A stretch of DNA of 64,000 nt from Gammaproteobacteria bacterium (GTDB lineage: Bacteria; Pseudomonadota; Gammaproteobacteria; Steroidobacterales; JBFFHS01), in contig JBFFHS010000009.1 in assembly GCA_041556855.1 (NCBI GenBank), forward strand, positions 1,891 to 65,890. The letters are read 5' to 3'. This document shows, one piece after another, positions 1 to 9,898 of the stretch (positions within the stretch are counted from its first letter, which is position 1; each line of letters opens with the position of its first letter). The position numbers and the translations under genes are program-made. The notes below the pieces were generated by a model, which saw only the letters and a program-made list of their open reading frames with translations, had not been told where the DNA came from and did not search any database.

Positions 1-1437
1 GGCGCTGGCAATACGGGTATTCCGGCTGCCATCCAGGCAGCCGACCTGGGCGCCAAGGTGCTATTGCTGGAGAAAAACGCCTTTGCGGGCGGGATGCTGA
101 CCATCTCCGGGGGGCACGTTAGCGCAGCTAACACCAAACGCCAGATTGCGAAGGGCATAGAGGACTCGCCCCAGCAACATTACCGTGATGCCATTCGCCT
201 GGGCCATTACAAGAGCAACTCCGAGTTGTTGAAGGTTGCGGTGGAGAACGCCGCTGCCATGGTGGACTGGCTCGAGGAGATCGGTGTCGAATTGACGCCC
301 GAATCCCCCTTTTTCGAGGATGATCACGAGCATTACAGCGTGCCCCGCACCTACATGGGGCCCGACTACGCCAGATCTCTGCTGTTCCCACTGCGCCAGG
401 AGCTCGATCGTCGCGTCCAGCGGGGCGACGTGGCGGTGCACCTGGGCACGCGCGTTACTGGGCTGATCAAAAACAACGATGGTCACGTCATCGGCGTTGC
501 CGCTGAAGATGATGCGGGCAACCAACGCGACCATCTCGCCAAGGCCGTGATTCTTGCCACGGGTGGGTATGGCGCCAGTGCCGAGATGAAGGCGCGATTC
601 AACCCTGCCGTCGTGCCGGCCAGGGTGGTTTGCCTGCCGCATGCTACCGGCGACGGCATCCTGATGGCGGAGGAGGCTGGCGCGCAACTGGTTAACATGG
701 ACAGGCTGATTGCCTTTCCTGGGACTGTCCAGAATCTGTCCGGAGAACCGACCCGGACGCGCCTGCAATTCCCGCCGGATCACTATACCGACGGTATCTG
801 GGTAAACCAGCAGGGGCAGCGTTTCGTCAATGAGGTCACGGACCATCCCGACGAGCGGGAGCGCGCGTTTCTAGCCCAATCGGGTCTGGTTTTTTTCCTG
901 ATCTTCGACGAGCGCATCAGACAGAACCTGGACACGGTCGGTGTCATGTCGTGGGACAAGGAGATGCTTGATAACGAAATCGTGTCAGGTTCTTTGATCG
1001 TGCGAGCGGACACGCTGGCCGAGCTCGCGGGGAGGTTCGGTATCGCCGCCGACCCACTGAAGGCAACCGCGAGCCGCTTCAACGACTTTGTTGCCAGCGG
1101 TGCTGATGAGGATTTCGGTCGTGGAAGACTGCGCTACCCGCTCGGTCGGGGGCCCTTCTACGGTCTGCGGGTCACGGGCAGCGTTTTGATGACCCATGGG
1201 GGCATCAGTGTCAATCATGCCCTGCAGGTCAAGCATCAAAACGACCGCGTCATTCCGGGCCTCTACGCCGCCGGTGAAACTCTGGGTTGCGGTCAACTGA
1301 TGGGTGAAGCCGTCTTGAGCGGGATGAGTGTCGGACCAGCCATTACCCTGGGTCGGCTCGCCGCTCGAAATGCCTATCAGTACGCGCAGACGCGGCGCAA
1401 CGAAGATCTACGTCCTGCAGTGGCCCATTCGACCTGA
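1..1437 (+). CDS. FAD-dependent oxidoreductase, fumarate reductase/3-ketosteroid dehydrogenase-like flavoprotein (5' end outside window)
   Basis: Frame 1 is open from nt 1 (GAGNTGIPAAIQAADLGAKVLLLEKNAFAGG, dinucleotide-binding region), so the N-terminus lies left of the window. C-terminal PGLYAAGE motif is typical of this flavoprotein class. Stop at 1435-1437. Confidence 0.8.
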   Translation, partial: GAGNTGIPAAIQAADLGAKVLLLEKNAFAGGMLTISGGHVSAANTKRQIAKGIEDSPQQHYRDAIRLGHYKSNSELLKVAVENAAAMVDWLEEIGVELTPESPFFEDDHEHYSVPRTYMGPDYARSLLFPLRQELDRRVQRGDVAVHLGTRVTGLIKNNDGHVIGVAAEDDAGNQRDHLAKAVILATGGYGASAEMKARFNPAVVPARVVCLPHATGDGILMAEEAGAQLVNMDRLIAFPGTVQNLSGEPTRTRLQFPPDHYTDGIWVNQQGQRFVNEVTDHPDERERAFLAQSGLVFFLIFDERIRQNLDTVGVMSWDKEMLDNEIVSGSLIVRADTLAELAGRFGIAADPLKATASRFNDFVASGADEDFGRGRLRYPLGRGPFYGLRVTGSVLMTHGGISVNHALQVKHQNDRVIPGLYAAGETLGCGQLMGEAVLSGMSVGPAITLGRLAARNAYQYAQTRRNEDLRPAVAHST

Positions 1438-1479
1438 GTCGACGACCGCTGGACACCGTTCCAAAGATGAGGTTACGAA

Positions 1480-2484
1480 ATGGATAATGCTGATCGGCCC
1501 ACGCGACGCCCACTTCTTGGCTCCGGCCTGGCTTTAAGCCTGGCGCTGACGCTTGCCGCGCCCGGTCCGCTGAGCGCGCAGGAAGCTGCTGCCAGCGGCC
1601 CATGGGCGCCCTTGAAGGTCAAGGATATCAACGCCATGGAATGGGATGACCGGTGGCGCATGGGCAACCAGGGCACCAGCCAGGGCAAGCTCCTCTACTC
1701 CAATGAGCAAGGCGCGTTCATGCTGTATGTCTATTTCGCGCCGGGCTGGGACGCCATCAACGTGGACCCCCACTACCACCACGGCCACGAATGGGTTTAC
1801 ATCCTGGAAGGCGACTTTCCTCTGTATGAGTTCGTCAGCCCGCTGCAGAAAACCGGAACCCTGGTGAGCATGCGCGCTGGCACCTGGATGTCCCGGCCCG
1901 CCTACAGCATCCACGGCAACCGTCCAGAAGTGATGGCTCGACAGAAGGTGCCACCGGGATCGGTGCAGTTAGTCTTTTTTGAAGGCGGTCGAACCATTTC
2001 GCTGAATCCGAAACGGTCCATGTACAGCGATGAATGGAAGAAGGTCGAGCAATTCACCCATGCCCATTTTCAGCACACGGCCAGCACGGATGTTATGGAG
2101 TGGGAGGAGTCTGCCGAGTTGCCCGGGACGAGTGTGAAGTGGTTAAGCGAGGACCTGCAGGGCGGGTTCCGGTCCCGCTTGCGTTACGCCCCTGCCGGTT
2201 GGCAGCATTCGGGTGCGCCCACCCGAAGCTACTTCAAGAAAGCCCAGAGATTTGTTTACGTGCTGTTCGGCGATCTCAAGGTGTGGACCAGCGAGGGTCC
2301 CGAGGATGCGGGAGAGACCATCGTGCTGAACAAAGACTACTTTGTCGATCAGCCGCCCATGAGCATCTGGGGATGGCAGGACGGGCCCCTGTCGGAGCGG
2401 GGCGCCATGTGGCTTGAAGTCACCTATGCCGAGGGCGCCCGGGTGGGGCGGGGACCCATCGAACAAGCCACGGTGCTGCCATAA
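1480..2484 (+). CDS. exported cupin-domain protein (probable bicupin, twin-arginine-like signal)
   Basis: N-terminus PTRRPLLGSGLALSLALTLAAPGPLSAQE looks like a Tat/Sec signal. HYHHGHEWVYILEGDF is a cupin metal-binding motif. 334 aa is long enough for two barrels. Confidence 0.6.
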   Translation: MDNADRPTRRPLLGSGLALSLALTLAAPGPLSAQEAAASGPWAPLKVKDINAMEWDDRWRMGNQGTSQGKLLYSNEQGAFMLYVYFAPGWDAINVDPHYHHGHEWVYILEGDFPLYEFVSPLQKTGTLVSMRAGTWMSRPAYSIHGNRPEVMARQKVPPGSVQLVFFEGGRTISLNPKRSMYSDEWKKVEQFTHAHFQHTASTDVMEWEESAELPGTSVKWLSEDLQGGFRSRLRYAPAGWQHSGAPTRSYFKKAQRFVYVLFGDLKVWTSEGPEDAGETIVLNKDYFVDQPPMSIWGWQDGPLSERGAMWLEVTYAEGARVGRGPIEQATVLP

Positions 2485-2672
2485 GCGCGAGACGTCGCGC
2501 AAAACTTGAGCCGAGGGCAGCGCCGACAACTTTTACCGGCAACGGGTTGCCTGTCCGATCCGGACGGCTATCGTAACCAGGTGATGGCGAATCCCAGTGG
2601 TGGCTGCACGAGTTGCCATCGAGGACCCCACCTGCCATGCATCTGGACGCTGGCGGGTGAGTTCCCGCCCCG

Positions 2673-3539
2673 TCAGGCCTGTTTCATCTGAGTCGCAAGC
2701 TCAGCGGCAAATGCATCAAAGGTCCGCAGCGGATGGCCAACAGCGGCCTCAGAGGCGGCCACGGCCGCTTCATCCGCCGCGGAACCCCCCGCCTGCTGGG
2801 CCAGGAACATCTTCTTCAAGGAGTCCAGCAACCAGGGCGGGATAAACGCTGCGACGGGCTCAGCCCACTTCTCCACGTCGTCTCCGCCATAGTGCACTTC
2901 GCGGCCAAAGTGTTTGGCATATGTGGCTGCCGCGTCCGGGCCGGTGACGGTGTCCGGTCCGTGCAGGGCGTATTCGGTGCCCCCATGGCCATCCTCGGTC
3001 AAGGCGCGCACCGCGCAATCAGCGATGTCCCGGGTATCCACCCGGTTCTGCCCCGCAGTGCCGATGGGCATGGCATAGACACCGTAATCCCGGATGACCT
3101 GCGCGACCGACAGGTCGGTCTGATTAAAAAGATTGGGGCGCAGGATAGTGTATTCGGCACCGCTGTCCCGAATCGCCGCTTCGATGGGCAGCTTGCTGCG
3201 AAAATGGGGTATGGCAGGCTCCTTCTCAGGGTTCTGCACCGAGAGGAACACGATGCGTTTGACGCCGGCGGTCTTGGCCGCGTTCACGGCATTCAGCCCG
3301 CGGGTCGTCTCCGTTTCACCGTTCGCCGTAATCAGGAACAGCCGATCGACTCCAGCAAACGCGGCATCCAGACCGCTGCCATCCTCCAGATCGCCGATCA
3401 CGCCCTCGACACCCTCGGGCAGTGCCGCCAGTTTTTCTTCCGAGCGGCTCAAGGCTCGTACGGATTCGCCTTTGGCCAGCAGTGCCGCAACGGTGGGCCG
3501 CCCCACATTGCCGGTAGCGCCGATTACCAGAATTGTCAT
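2673..3539 (-). CDS. NmrA-family NAD(P)-binding protein
   Basis: MTILVIGATGNVGRPTVAALLAKGESVRALSR Rossmann start. ATG at 3539 preferred over the ORF-track start at 3608, whose extension is Arg/Pro-rich and non-homologous looking. Confidence 0.8.
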   Translation of the reverse strand: MTILVIGATGNVGRPTVAALLAKGESVRALSRSEEKLAALPEGVEGVIGDLEDGSGLDAAFAGVDRLFLITANGETETTRGLNAVNAAKTAGVKRIVFLSVQNPEKEPAIPHFRSKLPIEAAIRDSGAEYTILRPNLFNQTDLSVAQVIRDYGVYAMPIGTAGQNRVDTRDIADCAVRALTEDGHGGTEYALHGPDTVTGPDAAATYAKHFGREVHYGGDDVEKWAEPVAAFIPPWLLDSLKKMFLAQQAGGSAADEAAVAASEAAVGHPLRTFDAFAAELATQMKQA

Positions 3540-3557
3540 GGTTGTGTTTTTCGGTTT

Positions 3558-3573
3558 GCCTGCACGTGCAGGC
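3558..3573. promoter_or_regulatory. 16-bp perfect palindrome in divergent promoter region
   Basis: GCCTGCACGTGCAGGC is its own reverse complement. It lies between the NmrA-family start (3539, minus) and the 3620 operon start (plus). Confidence 0.4.
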
Positions 3574-3619
3574 GTGATACATCCTATATAGTGAGGCGGA
3601 GAATACAAGAAGCCACGCG

Positions 3620-4549
3620 ATGCCTATCCTGAGCGAGATCGAGAACCGCGCCGGCCTGGCGCGAATCACCTGCGGTTGGAAAAAACCCGAGCTGCCGCTG
3701 GACTGGGTGCGGCGCTATTGGCGCGACGTTCACAGTCCGGCGATTACCCGCCGCGCGGGCATCTACGACTACCGACACTTTCAATACGATGATGTGGACG
3801 CGCAGTTGTTTGGCGCCGTCCCGGGAATTGACTTTGCCTGCCCCCAAGACGAGCAGCTGATGTGGGTGTCCGACGTGCGCTACCGGGATGAGGCTGGGCT
3901 CGCGGCGTTCGATGCCTCGCCGCCGGCGGATGTGAAGCCCCACATGCTCGGCGACATCGAATTGATCGTGCACAAGAGCACAACCTACCGGTCGGTGGGC
4001 GCCGATGCATACACCTACGTAGACAATAGCGGCGACGCAACGCCGCAGGGTCCGCCAGACAGGCCCAGCTATGCGATCTTTCTGCGCCAGCGCTCGGTAG
4101 AGGCTGACTTCCGGGGCTGTGTACGGGATCTGTGCCAGCACTGGGCTGAGAGCACCGGCGTAGTGCGCGTGCGCATGAGCTTGTTCGAAGTGCCGGACAT
4201 GGAAGCCGAACGCAAGGCCGGTTATCCCATCAAGACCCATCCGGTCGAGCAGCAGTACCAGGCTATGATCGATCTGGTGATCGAGGATCGTGCTGTCGCG
4301 AAGCAGCTCATCGACCCGGCGAGAGGTGTCGATGTGGCCGCAGATATCAGCACAATCCACGCCTATCCGGTGGCCGCATGCTACACCAGCGTCTATGGGG
4401 GTCGGCCCACTATTGTCGGGTTGCGGGGCTACCCGGCCCACCAAGCCATCGAGGCCCTCGGCGCGGCGAATCAGAAGCAGATCAGTCTGCTGGAGTGGAT
4501 CTACGGGCCGGTAGCCAAGGACGGGCCCTTCCAGGTGGAAGGCCAATGA
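3620..4549 (+). CDS. hypothetical protein, possibly tandem EthD-like (dimeric alpha/beta barrel) domains
   Basis: 309-aa ORF whose stop overlaps the next start (ATGA at 4546-4549). LPLDWVRRYWRDVHSPAI resembles the EthD-family W..H.P signature. The second half (YAIFLRQRSVEADFRGCVRDLCQHWAE) looks like a repeat of the fold. Confidence 0.5.
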   Translation: MPILSEIENRAGLARITCGWKKPELPLDWVRRYWRDVHSPAITRRAGIYDYRHFQYDDVDAQLFGAVPGIDFACPQDEQLMWVSDVRYRDEAGLAAFDASPPADVKPHMLGDIELIVHKSTTYRSVGADAYTYVDNSGDATPQGPPDRPSYAIFLRQRSVEADFRGCVRDLCQHWAESTGVVRVRMSLFEVPDMEAERKAGYPIKTHPVEQQYQAMIDLVIEDRAVAKQLIDPARGVDVAADISTIHAYPVAACYTSVYGGRPTIVGLRGYPAHQAIEALGAANQKQISLLEWIYGPVAKDGPFQVEGQ

Positions 4550-5907
4550 ACATGACCGTTGCTGAACGCCTGGTCGCTTTTGCCCAGGACTATCGGGCGG
4601 GCGGCGTGCCGGACGACGTGGCTCATGAGGCCAAGCGCCTGTTGCTCAACCAGCTCAAGGCATCCGTGGGCGCCACCGATCACGAGGCCATCCGGATTTT
4701 GCACGACTGGGCCACAGCGACTGCCGGTGCAGGCGACGCCCAGATCCTCTGGTTTGGCACGGGCACCGAGCCCGGCCGTGCCGCCCTGGTCAACGGCGCC
4801 TTATTCGAGGTGCTGGATTTCCACGATACCTACATTCCCTGTTTCATGCATGCCACGTCGGCGGTGCTGCCCGCTGTGCTGGCCGCCGCCCAGGTGGGTG
4901 GGCAAAGCGGTCGTGAGGTGGTGGATGCCCTGGCGTTAGGGATGGAGGTAGAGCTGGCCGTTGCCCGGCTGCTGATGCCCACGGCCTATTACCGGGGGTA
5001 TGTGCCTGCTGGCCTCACAGGCGGAGTCGGCGCGGCGGCCGCCTGCGGGCTGCTCGCCCGTCTCGACGCGGAACGCTTGCGCAATGCCATCGGCATTGCC
5101 ATGTGCACCGCCTTTGGCACCTATGAATCCGTTGGCAGCATGACCCTGTCCTACATCACAGGCGCCACGGCCCAGTCCGGTCTCGCTGCGGCGCAACTTG
5201 CCGCGCGTGGCTTTGACGCGCCGGCCACCGCCTTTGAGGGCGACAAGGGCATGCTGGAGTCGCACTCGGATGAGCCGCGAGAGAAATTCGCGGAGGTGCT
5301 GGATGCCTTGGGCAAGACCTGGCGTATTCATGGCCAGAGCTACAAATCTGTGCCCACGGAAACGATTACCCACGCGCCCATCGAATGCGCTCTGGAGCTC
5401 TTGCCGCGCGCAAACGGCCGGCAGGTTGAGCGCATGCGCTTCGGCGTGCAGCCCATTGTGGTGGAGATTTGCGACGAGCGCATGGAGCGCTTCGGCGATC
5501 CCCATAGCGAGCTCACGGCCCGCTTCGACCTGTGTTTTTGTGCCGCTGCCGCCTGGCAGCGGGGCCGGTTTACCTTGGATGAGATGCGCGAGCCGGCCTA
5601 CACGGATCCCGATATTCTCGCGTTGCGCTCCCGTATCGAGCTGGTGCCCGACGAGACCAGGGAAAGCTTCGACGGCTGCTCCCTTCAGATCCAGTTCACC
5701 GACGGCTCCAAGGAATCTACCAGCGTGGATGCTTTCCTGGGCAGTCCCGGCCGACGCATGACCGATACAGAGCTGGCAGACATTTTTCGGGCGCAAGCCG
5801 AGGGCATTTTGCCTAATGGCCGGGTAGACCAGATTCTTGAAGCCGTCTGGGGCCTGGACGAGGCGCCTGATGTCGGTGCCCTGATGGCTTTGTGTCGCGT
5901 ACCGTGA
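4546..5907 (+). CDS. MmgE/PrpD family protein (2-methylcitrate dehydratase superfamily)
   Basis: Start MNMTVAERLVAFAQDY...VPDDVAHEAKRLLLNQLKASVGA is typical of PrpD N-termini. Length 453 aa. ATGA coupling to the upstream ORF. Confidence 0.85.
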   Translation: MNMTVAERLVAFAQDYRAGGVPDDVAHEAKRLLLNQLKASVGATDHEAIRILHDWATATAGAGDAQILWFGTGTEPGRAALVNGALFEVLDFHDTYIPCFMHATSAVLPAVLAAAQVGGQSGREVVDALALGMEVELAVARLLMPTAYYRGYVPAGLTGGVGAAAACGLLARLDAERLRNAIGIAMCTAFGTYESVGSMTLSYITGATAQSGLAAAQLAARGFDAPATAFEGDKGMLESHSDEPREKFAEVLDALGKTWRIHGQSYKSVPTETITHAPIECALELLPRANGRQVERMRFGVQPIVVEICDERMERFGDPHSELTARFDLCFCAAAAWQRGRFTLDEMREPAYTDPDILALRSRIELVPDETRESFDGCSLQIQFTDGSKESTSVDAFLGSPGRRMTDTELADIFRAQAEGILPNGRVDQILEAVWGLDEAPDVGALMALCRVP

Positions 5908-5917
5908 TGCGGTCAAT

Positions 5918-6739
5918 ATGACTACTCTGTCGTTGCCCGGCGGCGAGACGCTCTGGTATCGGTGCGTGGGCACCGGCGTGCCCGTCCTGCACATCCACGG
6001 CTCGGCTTTCGGTCACCGCAATTTTGAACGGCTGACGCCGCTGGTGGCGCGGGATTTTCAAGTCATCGACTTCGACCTGCCCGGCTTCGGTCAGAGCCGG
6101 GGCGATCCCCGGCCCGGTGGACTGAATGGCGTTGCTGAGCAGGTGTTCGAGTTCATCGACGCGCTGGGCGTGGCCCCGGTCCACGTGCACGGTACGTCCT
6201 TTGGCGCCATGGTGGCCATGATCCTGGCGGCCAAGTTCCCCGAGGCCATCGATCGCCTGATCTTGAGCTGTTTCCTGGCCCGTTATGATGGCGCCGCGCG
6301 GATGATGCGCAGCACCTGGAAGCGGGCAGCCCGGGACAGCGGCATGGCGGCGGTGGCGGATCTTACGGCGGTGGCCGGGTTTGCCCGCGCGTTCTATGAG
6401 CGGCCCGATGCCCAGGCGCAGCTGGCGTCCATGCGCGAGGCCTTCAGCCACACGGATCCGGAAGCCTTCGTGCGCGGCACACAAACCCTGGAGCAGACCG
6501 ATCTCAGTCCGCTGGCCCGGCAGGTGGCAGCGCCCACGCTGCTGATCGCGGGCGACGAGGACAACATGACGCCGTTCAACCCGGCGCCCAGTGGCGTGGG
6601 TTTTGCCCAGATCAAAGACGTGATCCCGGACTGCGAGACGGTGGTGCTGCCGCAATGCGGCCACTACCTGGTTCTGGAACAGCCGGAGCCGGTGGCCGAT
6701 CTGGTCAAGGCATTTCTCCAGCCACAGGTCACGCAGTGA
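5918..6739 (+). CDS. alpha/beta-fold hydrolase
   Basis: HGSAFG oxyanion-region and nucleophile elbow GTSFG (GxSxG). 273 aa. Stop overlaps the next start (GTGATG at 6736-6741). Confidence 0.8.
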   Translation: MTTLSLPGGETLWYRCVGTGVPVLHIHGSAFGHRNFERLTPLVARDFQVIDFDLPGFGQSRGDPRPGGLNGVAEQVFEFIDALGVAPVHVHGTSFGAMVAMILAAKFPEAIDRLILSCFLARYDGAARMMRSTWKRAARDSGMAAVADLTAVAGFARAFYERPDAQAQLASMREAFSHTDPEAFVRGTQTLEQTDLSPLARQVAAPTLLIAGDEDNMTPFNPAPSGVGFAQIKDVIPDCETVVLPQCGHYLVLEQPEPVADLVKAFLQPQVTQ

Positions 6740-8037
6740 TGGCGAGCCCGGCGATGGCAGCCAAACCGTTTTCCGTGAGCAGTTCCTATCGGCGCTACGT
6801 GCTCGGGCTGTTGCTCGTGGTCGCCACCTTCAACTATGCCGACCGCTACATGCTCGGCGTGCTGTTGCCGGACATTAAGGTCGAGCTGGCGCTGTCCGAT
6901 ACCCAGATCGGCTTCATCACCGGCACCGCCTTCACCATCCTGTATGCCGTTCTGGGCGTGCCCATCGCTGCCCTGGCAGATCGCTTCTCCCGCCGCAAGA
7001 TCATTGCGGCGGCACTGGCGGCGTGGAGCGTGATGACGTGCCTGTGTGGCGTGGCAAAGTCGTTCGCGCAGCTGGCGGTCTTCCGCGTGCTGGTCGGTAT
7101 CGGTGAGTCGGGCTGCACACCGCCATCCCACTCGCTGATCTCGGATTACTTCTCCAGGTCCGAACGGTCCTTCGCCATGGCCATTTTCGGCCTGGGCTCC
7201 CCGGTGGGCGTGTTCATCGGTTTTATGGCCGGCGGCTTGATTGCGCAGGCCTACGGGTGGCGCGTGGCCCTGTTTGCCTTCGGGGCGCCCGGTGTGCTGG
7301 TGGCGCTGCTCTTGTACTTTACCCTGCGTGATCCGCCGCGGGGTCACGCCGACGGGTTGTCCCAGATTGCCCGCGCCCCCGATCTGGTAGCCGCATTTCG
7401 CACCCTGTGGGCCAAGGGCACGTTCCGCCACATGGTGCTGGGCGGCAGCATGTACGGCCTGATCATGGTGGCGGTGCTGGTCTGGATCCCGTCCTTCTTC
7501 GTGCGCACCCATGGGCTTGAGATCGGGACGGTGGGGACGTGGCTGGCCTTTACCAATGCGGTGCCTCACGCGCTGGGCACGCTGGCCGGCGGGTTCCTGG
7601 CGGACCGCCTGGCACGGCGCAACCTGCGCGCACCGATTCTGATGTGCGTGTTCGCCCAGTTGGCCGCCGCGCCCTTTTATGCCGTGGTTCTGCTCTCGGA
7701 GCAGCCGGTGCCCGCCTTTCTGTGGCTGGTGGTGCCCTCTTTCGTGGGCGTGCTCCAGGGGCCCGTGCTCTATGCCACCATCCAGGCGGTCGCGGACGTG
7801 CGCAGCCGCTCCGTGGCCTCGGCCCTGATGATCCTGATCATCAATCTGATCTCCGGCATTGTGGGGCCCCAGCTGGTGGGAATCGTGAGCGATGTGTCAG
7901 CCCAATTCGTGGGTGCATCCTCCCTGGGGCTGTCGCTTCTGATTGTCGCTACGATCTGCAGCTTCTGGTCGGCGCTGCACTTCTATCTGGCATCGCGCAG
8001 CATCGAGCGCGACCTTGCGACGTCCCCGGGACAGTGA
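6739..8037 (+). CDS. MFS transporter
   Basis: About 12 predicted hydrophobic helices. ALADRFSRRKI loop motif between TM2 and TM3. ATG at 6739 chosen because the ORF-track upstream extension overlaps the hydrolase. Confidence 0.85.
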   Translation: MASPAMAAKPFSVSSSYRRYVLGLLLVVATFNYADRYMLGVLLPDIKVELALSDTQIGFITGTAFTILYAVLGVPIAALADRFSRRKIIAAALAAWSVMTCLCGVAKSFAQLAVFRVLVGIGESGCTPPSHSLISDYFSRSERSFAMAIFGLGSPVGVFIGFMAGGLIAQAYGWRVALFAFGAPGVLVALLLYFTLRDPPRGHADGLSQIARAPDLVAAFRTLWAKGTFRHMVLGGSMYGLIMVAVLVWIPSFFVRTHGLEIGTVGTWLAFTNAVPHALGTLAGGFLADRLARRNLRAPILMCVFAQLAAAPFYAVVLLSEQPVPAFLWLVVPSFVGVLQGPVLYATIQAVADVRSRSVASALMILIINLISGIVGPQLVGIVSDVSAQFVGASSLGLSLLIVATICSFWSALHFYLASRSIERDLATSPGQ

Positions 8038-8040
8038 CCA

Positions 8041-8895
8041 TTACTCGGCCAACAGAAAGTCGGCAATAGCCGTGTAGAAGCGGCGCCGCGGCCGTTGCAG
8101 GTGGGCGTAGTCGCCGCCATCGGGGATGATGACCAGTGCCTTGTCCCCCGTGGGCAGCTTTTCGAAATACTCGGCTCGTTGTATGCCGCCATGCATGTAG
8201 GCGGCCTTACCTGCTTCGCTGCCGTAGATCATCAGCACTGGGCAGGGCAGCGCAGCTGGGTCCGCCGGAATGCTGCCGCGGGCGTTCTCCCGGCGGATGC
8301 CGTTGGGTGAGCGCGGCTCGTTCGCGGCCACGTAGTCGGCCAGGGCGTGGCGCATTTCCTCTTCGCCATATTCCGCTTCCCGCTCGAAGAAATACTGCCA
8401 GCCGCCACTCCACCAGGGTTCTTCCGGCTCAAAGGGGATCAGGTTGCCACCGCCCAGCGCCGGGTCCAGCAGCACCATGCGGGCCACGCTATCAGGGTGC
8501 TGCTCCCCGTAACGGGCGGCGATACGTCCACCCCAGGACCAGCCCAACAGGTGCGGGCGGGCGTAGCCTTGAGTGTTCAGCCAGTCCACCACGTCCGCCA
8601 GGTCTTCAATGGCCGCGTCGGTATCCACCGTGAGCGGGTCCTCGGGGGGGTCGGATTCGCCATAGCCGCGCAGGGCGAAGGTGACGGCGCCCAGGCCGCG
8701 TGCTACCAGCGCGTCCATCAGCGAATAGTCCGCGCCACCCGGGAAGCTCAGGTCGAAGCCCGCCTGCCCGGTGAGATTCGCGCCCTGGACGAGGATGACC
8801 ACGTGAGCAGGTTTTGCCGCCAGGCCCTTGCTGCGCACCGCCAGTCGGCCGACCCGGCCCGGGATGAATGTGTCTGCCATGAATCCTCCTGGCAC
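8041..8895 (-). CDS. alpha/beta-fold hydrolase
   Basis: Nucleophile elbow GWSWGG, 284 aa, 7 bp downstream of the deacetylase gene on the same strand. An alternative start MADTF lies at 8880. Confidence 0.75.
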   Translation of the reverse strand: MPGGFMADTFIPGRVGRLAVRSKGLAAKPAHVVILVQGANLTGQAGFDLSFPGGADYSLMDALVARGLGAVTFALRGYGESDPPEDPLTVDTDAAIEDLADVVDWLNTQGYARPHLLGWSWGGRIAARYGEQHPDSVARMVLLDPALGGGNLIPFEPEEPWWSGGWQYFFEREAEYGEEEMRHALADYVAANEPRSPNGIRRENARGSIPADPAALPCPVLMIYGSEAGKAAYMHGGIQRAEYFEKLPTGDKALVIIPDGGDYAHLQRPRRRFYTAIADFLLAE

Positions 8896-8902
8896 CGAAT
8901 GC

Positions 8903-9826
8903 TCAAGCAGGGGTCGCGGGGATGTGTTCTTGATGGTGTTTCAAGTACCAGCTGGCCAACTCCTCGCGGGAGGGCCACCAGACCGTGTCCAGGGATTGGG
9001 CGTACTCAATGAATTCCCTGAGTGCGCGGATTCGATAGGCGCGACCGGAAACGTGAGGGTGCAAACCCACGTTCATCATCCGGCCATGGGTAGCACCCTC
9101 TTCGTTGAGCACGGCCAGTTCTTCGATGAGAAGGTCGCGATACTCATCAGTGGTGTGGCCACGTCGCATCAGCAGTGTGAAGTCATTGATCTCGTTGGAA
9201 TAGGGCGTGGAGACGATGGGGCCGTGATCCGTTCGCAGCAAGTAGGGCTGGTCGTCATTCAGCAGATCGCAGTAAAAGATCAAACCCTGCTCGGCCAGGA
9301 TACCCGGCGTGTGCAGGGTGCCCCGTAATGACGACGACAGCCAGCCTTTGGCTGGGTGACCTACGGTTTGCTCGTAGATTTCTAGGGTGCGGGTGATGAT
9401 CTCACGCTCTTTTGCCGGGTCATTGGCGAAGTCCGTGAGAAGCTCCCCCTGTTCGTAATTGTGGGGTACCAGCTCATAGCCCTGAGCCAGCGCGGCATCC
9501 ACGATCTGCCGGCGCCGCTCGCAGGTCAGCGCGTTGACAGGACAGCTGGGGCGCACGCCCAGGCTGTCGAACAGCTCGAACAAGCGCCACACGCCGACCC
9601 GCTGCCCGTATTCCCGCCAGGTGAAGTTGGGAAAATCGGGAACGTTGCCGGGGAGCACGTCGGGCAGAATGGGGGGGCCACCCGCGTAGTAGGGTTTGTC
9701 CGTGTCCTTGAGCAGGTCCCAGGTTTCCAGCGCCAGGGTAATGATCAAGGCGACCCGTTTGCCGCCGGGCCATTGCAACGGTTGTCGTGCTGGGAGGGGA
9801 ATATAGTCGTACACGGCTGGAATCAC
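8903..9826 (-). CDS. polysaccharide deacetylase family protein (PuuE-like divergent deacetylase)
   Basis: WPGGKRVALIITLALETWD N-terminal strand and C-terminal LHPHVSGRAYRIRALREFIEY motif are typical of PuuE-type deacetylase-fold enzymes. 307 aa. Confidence 0.7.
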   Translation of the reverse strand: MIPAVYDYIPLPARQPLQWPGGKRVALIITLALETWDLLKDTDKPYYAGGPPILPDVLPGNVPDFPNFTWREYGQRVGVWRLFELFDSLGVRPSCPVNALTCERRRQIVDAALAQGYELVPHNYEQGELLTDFANDPAKEREIITRTLEIYEQTVGHPAKGWLSSSLRGTLHTPGILAEQGLIFYCDLLNDDQPYLLRTDHGPIVSTPYSNEINDFTLLMRRGHTTDEYRDLLIEELAVLNEEGATHGRMMNVGLHPHVSGRAYRIRALREFIEYAQSLDTVWWPSREELASWYLKHHQEHIPATPA

Positions 9827-9898
9827 CTTATGCCGTCACCTTGAGCGATTGCAGTGTAGCTGGAAACCAAGCAGGCCTTGACAGAAGTGGGCGGCAAG

